Made by a program: the position numbers and the translations under genes. This document shows positions 61,892 through 64,000 of a stretch of DNA of 64,000 nucleotides, one piece after another (within the stretch, counting starts at the first letter, position 1; every line of letters begins with the position of its first letter). The stretch spans positions 1 through 64,000 of the forward strand of contig JALMLS010000436.1 of assembly GCA_038496445.1 (NCBI GenBank), in the 5' to 3' direction. The notes under the pieces were generated by a model that was given only the letters and a program-made list of their open reading frames with translations, did no database searches and had not been told where the DNA came from. The stretch is from Trichosphaerium sp. ATCC 40318. Lineage: Eukaryota > Protista > Tubulinea.

Positions 61892-62424
61892 TACAAAACA
61901 AAGGAAGAAAAGGTATCACAACTTAACCAAAACCGATTACTTGTTGGTAGCTTTGGCCGGTACTGGTATAATTTTCTAGGCTGTAAAGTAGTCTATGTAC
62001 CTTCAGTTCCAAATGCTGTTGATGACACGAGACTGAACAGACATGGCAACAGTAGCGAAGTTTTGTTAGCCTGTAAGTTAAATCACGTGATTGAGTTTGT
62101 TTGGTTTTGGTAGTTTGTTCATTCCCACATGAACTTCAGCGCTTGAGGCTTTTAAAACTCCGGTATATGATTGTGTACAAAGAAATTATGGAGTAGTTAC
62201 CTTTGCTACAGCCACTAACCTCAAAGTAATGGACGAAAAATTGCCTGAAGTTTGTGTACCAATGGGAACTGTACTCCTACTGAGTTTCACCAGGTTACTT
62301 CCCGTGTGTACCTACTCAGCCTATTGTCTATAGCAGTGCTTATAGAACTGTACTTGTTAGCTTTTCAGTTGGCTATACCTAAGAAACGTGCTACTATAAA
62401 AATCAATCAACTTTTTTATTTACA

Positions 62425-62898
62425 TTAGCGTCTGATTTTTTGTACAAGTTTTGTAGTAGAAATATCGGTACAGTCATGTCTGATGTAAATAACTTTCACC
62501 TTATTCTCATCCAACCATGCCTTCTCTTCCTTGTTTATATTCTCAACGTTATAATCTGATCCTTTAGTCAAGAAATGAGGGTATATAAGAGGAAATGTAT
62601 TCAGCAAGTTAGGTTCGTTAAAAATATACACAAAGTCGACGCATCTCAGCGAAGTTAACATTCGTGCTCTATACTTCTGGTTCACAACAGGTCTCTCTGG
62701 CCCTTTTATCTTCGATACAGATTCATCAGAGTTTATAGAAACAACCAGAACATCTCCAAGCTTCGAAGCTGCTTCAAGATATGCCACGTGACCAGCATGA
62801 AGCATATCAAAGCATCCAGCTGCCATTGTAACGGTTTTACCTTCTTTTTTTACTCTTGAAATTTCATCTTTTAGTTGTTGTTTTGTTTGTAGAAGCAT
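62425..62898 (-). CDS. Cytidylyltransferase-family nucleotidyltransferase, RfaE domain II/HldC-like (intronless)
   Basis: GCFDMLHAGH (HxGH); GDVLVVSINSDESVSKIKGPERP; RARML..LRCVDFV; KGSDY; C-terminal ISTT. Confidence 0.88.
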   Translation of the reverse strand: MLLQTKQQLKDEISRVKKEGKTVTMAAGCFDMLHAGHVAYLEAASKLGDVLVVSINSDESVSKIKGPERPVVNQKYRARMLTSLRCVDFVYIFNEPNLLNTFPLIYPHFLTKGSDYNVENINKEEKAWLDENKVKVIYIRHDCTDISTTKLVQKIRR

Positions 62899-64000
62899 TT
62901 TGTTAATGCGGATACAGATCACTTTCATAGATTTGAGAAATCAGTTGACGTCCTGTTTCGTTCAGTAAATGATGTCATAAAACTACCAAAACCTCCGATA
63001 TCGTACAACGGTAGTTTTCGTGGTATTCATACCGTGATTGCGAACAAATATACAAATACGTAGGTACTAAGTGACAGAAGCAAGAGAATAACTCCGCCGT
63101 TACCTTTTTTCTTTATTTTACACGTGTTGTATAATTCCATTTTTTCTCGTTTTATTTACATGACCGGCACCTATAGCTCAAATCTTTACCCGAAATTAAA
63201 CGTCATTTTTTTCTATTGGTGCTTGCAAAGCTTGGAAGCACGTGATAAAAATATGTTGTGGTTTTGAGATGTACTTCTTATTTCTTGCTCTTTAGATATT
63301 CACTCGTTTATTTAGGTGGAAAAGCTGATACAAAAGACTGCTCATGGTGGTGTACGGTCCAAATGAGACTGTTAGATATTTTACAAAGACATACAAACAA
63401 TTGTTCTTTGACACCTTTTGCAAAAGCATCTTTTTTTTGGAAAGAAGTAACTTGTTTATTGTTTCTTAGGCTCTTTATGTGCGCGCCCAATTACAAAATT
63501 GGCTAAATGATAGTAAAGAAAGCTTATTAAGTGCTGTAGAACAATAAACAACTTTATATTTCTACCTATCGTCAAGTTTATGCACCCTTGCAAGTACTTT
63601 AAACGCTTTTGTTTATTTGGGAAGGCGATCTCGAGGTTTTTTTTGATGAGATACGTGCTTCTTTGAATAGCTTTTTTAGCCTTTTTTTTGTTTTAATCCA
63701 ATTCTATCACTTCTCTTGTTACTGCAATCTTTGATGAAAGTGCCCTGTTTTAACAATACTGTCTATGCAATGTCAAGTACCTTCGTAGTTACAATCTGTC
63801 AAATAAACAGCGTAATAATGTTTGACTAACGGCCGTTTTATTCTCCGAAGTAGGACTGTAATGACATTATTACAAACTTCTAATGCAACAATCCTTGGTG
63901 GCTTTTTGCCAATGAATATCGCGTTCTTTTAACATGCCAACAGGGGATTGTAAACGCTACTATGTCGCGAATCAACTGTTTTTACAAACAACTTGTAACC

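Noticed and set aside
63000-64000. Short ORFs at the window end
   Set aside because: No recognisable domain and stops in all frames; cannot be resolved without the adjacent sequence

Overview
AT-rich, gene-dense eukaryotic (protist-like, plausibly amoeboid) genomic DNA with many short spliceosomal introns (GTACG/GTAAG donors, CTAAC branch points), so the six-frame ORFs are exon fragments. I spliced gene models by eye; their ends are approximate. Recognisable genes: an MRH-domain (M6PR/Atg27-like) receptor, a chromodomain-PhyH dioxygenase fusion, a sodium:solute symporter, an S10 carboxypeptidase, several F-box proteins (LRR, MORN, and an F-box-PH-Ras fusion), a receptor-like kinase, atypical Ras and Arf GTPases, a LIM protein, NOP10, a DEP-C2 protein, an FMO and an intronless HldC-like nucleotidyltransferase. 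A dynamic 26.8-42 kb block holds three paralogous PPTTL-repeat surface-protein genes, long shared upstream repeats and gene-fragment mosaics. The most striking item is a spliced gene at 45.9-52.0 kb (minus strand). It appears to encode C2 - disordered linker - NADAR - ankyrin repeats - PARP-type ADP-ribosyltransferase - FYVE in one polypeptide, a candidate membrane-targeted ADP-ribose writer/eraser (or writer/reader).
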